A DNA stretch of 63,127 bases, the filler included, from Craspedostauros australis (Eukaryota): assembly GCA_030167865.1 (NCBI GenBank). It is 11 parts of 11 records of this genome, joined end to end, with 100 filler letters (N's around TTAATTAATTAA, not from the genome) between each part and the next. Parts side by side here need not be neighbours in the genome. Positions count along the whole stretch, not along the records: positions 58,267 to 61,402 come from JALAGF010006296.1; positions 61,503 to 63,127 come from JALAGF010006297.1; 9 more parts are not named here. One strand, 5' to 3'. Positions 61,201 through 63,127 of the stretch are shown here, piece after piece. Numbering within the stretch: position 1 is the first letter of the stretch; the number at the start of each line of letters is the position of its first letter. The position numbers and the translations under genes were made by a program. The notes under the pieces are model-generated. The model worked only from the letters and a program-made list of their open reading frames with translations. It had not been told where the DNA came from and made no database searches.

Positions 61201-61402
61201 NNNNNNNNNNNNNNNNGCAGGAGTGGACTACCAAGAGCACCACTCGCCTGTCATCCACGACGTCACGTACCGTGTGATGATGGTGATCATGATGCTGCAG
61301 AAGATGGACTGCGCACTTGTGGACGTCGTCACGGCATTCTTGTACGGCGATCTCGAAGAAGAGGTGTACATGAATTGTCCAAGCGGAATGGACAGCACAC
61401 CG
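58267..61402 (+). mobile_element. Ty1/Copia pol fragment: protease, integrase, RT (related to the 28872 element)
   Basis: WLADSGASCH, LHRMLGH..CKHC, FFIDIS..VDDHT..RGDNSGEN..TPQQNGRVER, EPSTFDQAF, VDVVTAFLYGDLEEEVYM. Confidence 0.95.
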
Positions 61403-61502
61403 NNNNNNNNNNNNNNNNNNNNNNNNNNNNNNNNNNNNNNNNNNNNTTAATTAATTAANNNNNNNNNNNNNNNNNNNNNNNNNNNNNNNNNNNNNNNNNN
61501 NN

Positions 61503-63127
61503 GTGAGCCGGAACATCAACACCAGAACGGCGCGGAACGCCGGATCCAGGATATCAAACGCACAACCAACGGTGTGATGGATCGCATGGGGACTCCCGAC
61601 CGCTTCTGGCTGATCTGCACGCTCTATGTGATTGATCTCTTCAATCACATCGCGCAGGTCACCGCTGGCTCCATCACCCCNNNNNNNNNNNNNNNNNNNN
61701 NNNNNNNNNNNNNNNNNNNNNNNNNNNNNNNNNNNNNNNNNNNNNNNNNNNNNNNNNNNNNNNNNNNNNNNNNNNNNNNNNNNNNNNNNNNNNNNNNNNN
61801 NNNNNNNNNNNNNNNNNNNNNNNNNNNNNNNNNNNNNNNNNNNNNNNNNNNNNNNNNNNNNGACGAGACCCAGCGACTCCTCCCTCGGTCTGCCATCCGA
61901 CCTGCCGACGACTCTGCCACCCGCAATCTTCGTGCGGACTTCCCCTCCCCCATTGTTGGGGAGGACGATGGCTCTGACGCCATGAATGTGGCGAATGGGG
62001 AGCCAGACGACGACATCTCCGTCCCTCCTGACTCCGACCCCATCGTACACTCCCTCGCCGATTCCATCCTGNNNNNNNNNNNNNNNNNNNNNNNNNNNNN
62101 NNNNNNNNNNNNNNNNNNNNNNNNNNNNNNNNNNNNNNNNNNNNNNNNNNNNNNNNNNNNNNNNNNNNNNNNNNNNNNNNNNNNNNNNNNNNNAGCGGAG
62201 GTGGTGCAAAAGGTCAATGACCTTGACGCAGCCAACCACCAACGCATCAAGATGCTACTCGCACTGGCTGATGGGGAGACACATGACCTCATCTCCTACG
62301 TTGAGCTCGCCGACATCATCGAACGGCAACAAGAGCACAGCGACGACCCTGACGCCAAGTGGGAGTTCGACTCCATCATCGGACACGAAGGTCCCTTCTC
62401 ATCTTCCTCTCCCTCCTACAAGGGATCAAGCTTCAACGTCATCGTCAAATGGGGAGACGGCTCCACCTCCACCGAACCCCTCTCCATCATGATTCAGGAT
62501 GANCCNGTCTCTTGCGCTGCCTANGGCNGCCGCCACGAGCTGCTCGACGAGCCTGGCTGGAAGCGCCTCAAGCGCCTCGCCATCCGCACCAATCGTCTCG
62601 AGCGCCAGGTCCACAAATCGAAGACCTTCAACCACGCTCCCACCTTCCAGTTCGGCGTCCAAGTCCCTCGCAACCACAAAGAAGCGATGCGACTCGACGA
62701 CAAGAACGGCAACACTCTCTGGGCCGACGCTGAGAAGAAGGAGATGGACCAACTCTTCGGGTACCATACCTTCAAGTCTCTCGGAAAAGGCGTCCCAGTC
62801 CCTTCCGGCTTCCAGAAGATCCGCCTCCAATGGGTCTACGCTGTGAAGCACGACCTCCGCCACAAGGCGCGCTGCGTNNNNNNNNNNNNNNNNNNNNNNN
62901 NNNNNNNNNNNNNNNNNNNNNNNNNNNCCGGCTTCCAGAAGATCCGCCTCCAATGGGTCTACGCTGTGAAGCACGACCTCCGCCACAAGGCGCGCTGCGT
63001 CGCTGGTGGTCGTCTCGCCGACCCCTGCAAGGATGCATCCTACGCAGGTGTGGTCAGTCTTCGCTCTCTCCGCCTCTCCCTCCTCGCCGGCGAACTCAAT
63101 GGCATTCCAACATGGGTTGGAGACATC
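61503..63127 (+). mobile_element. CoDi-type Copia pol fragment: integrase, chromodomain-like region, RT start (not in ORF track)
   Basis: Manual translation: EPEHQHQNGAERRIQDIKR; WEFDSIIGHEG..FNVIVKWGDGSTSTEP; FQFGVQVPRNHKEAMRLD..WADAEKKEM..WVYAVKHDLRHKARCVAGG. Confidence 0.92.

Overview
Eukaryotic, repeat-rich draft assembly, most likely from a diatom. That assignment is inferred from CoDi-type Copia, a LINE with RNase H, type-II membrane LRR proteins and LRG/RxL secreted proteins; the species cannot be determined. The window is not contiguous: eleven short scaffolds are concatenated by an artificial N-TTAATTAATTAA-N linker. Host-type genes: two ankyrin-repeat paralogs in a ~8 kb duplication, the first followed by a decayed BTB-BACK region; two secreted Cys-rich/PTSA mucin-like paralogs; two tandem intronless LRR membrane proteins; one intron-containing gene with a possible HSP20-like domain; several frameshifted Ser-rich ORFs. 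The rest is largely transposon debris: at least four Copia pol/gag fragments (one CoDi-like with a chromodomain), a degenerate non-autonomous Copia whose scaffold is circularly permuted, three or more LTR families (solo and nested, with 5- and 6-bp TSDs), and a 5'-truncated LINE. No rRNA, tRNA or CRISPR was recognised. Best leads: DARPin-like hypervariable ankyrin-BTB receptors, the two-module Cys-rich mucin family, and an unannotated domain between Gag and protease in two Copia lineages.
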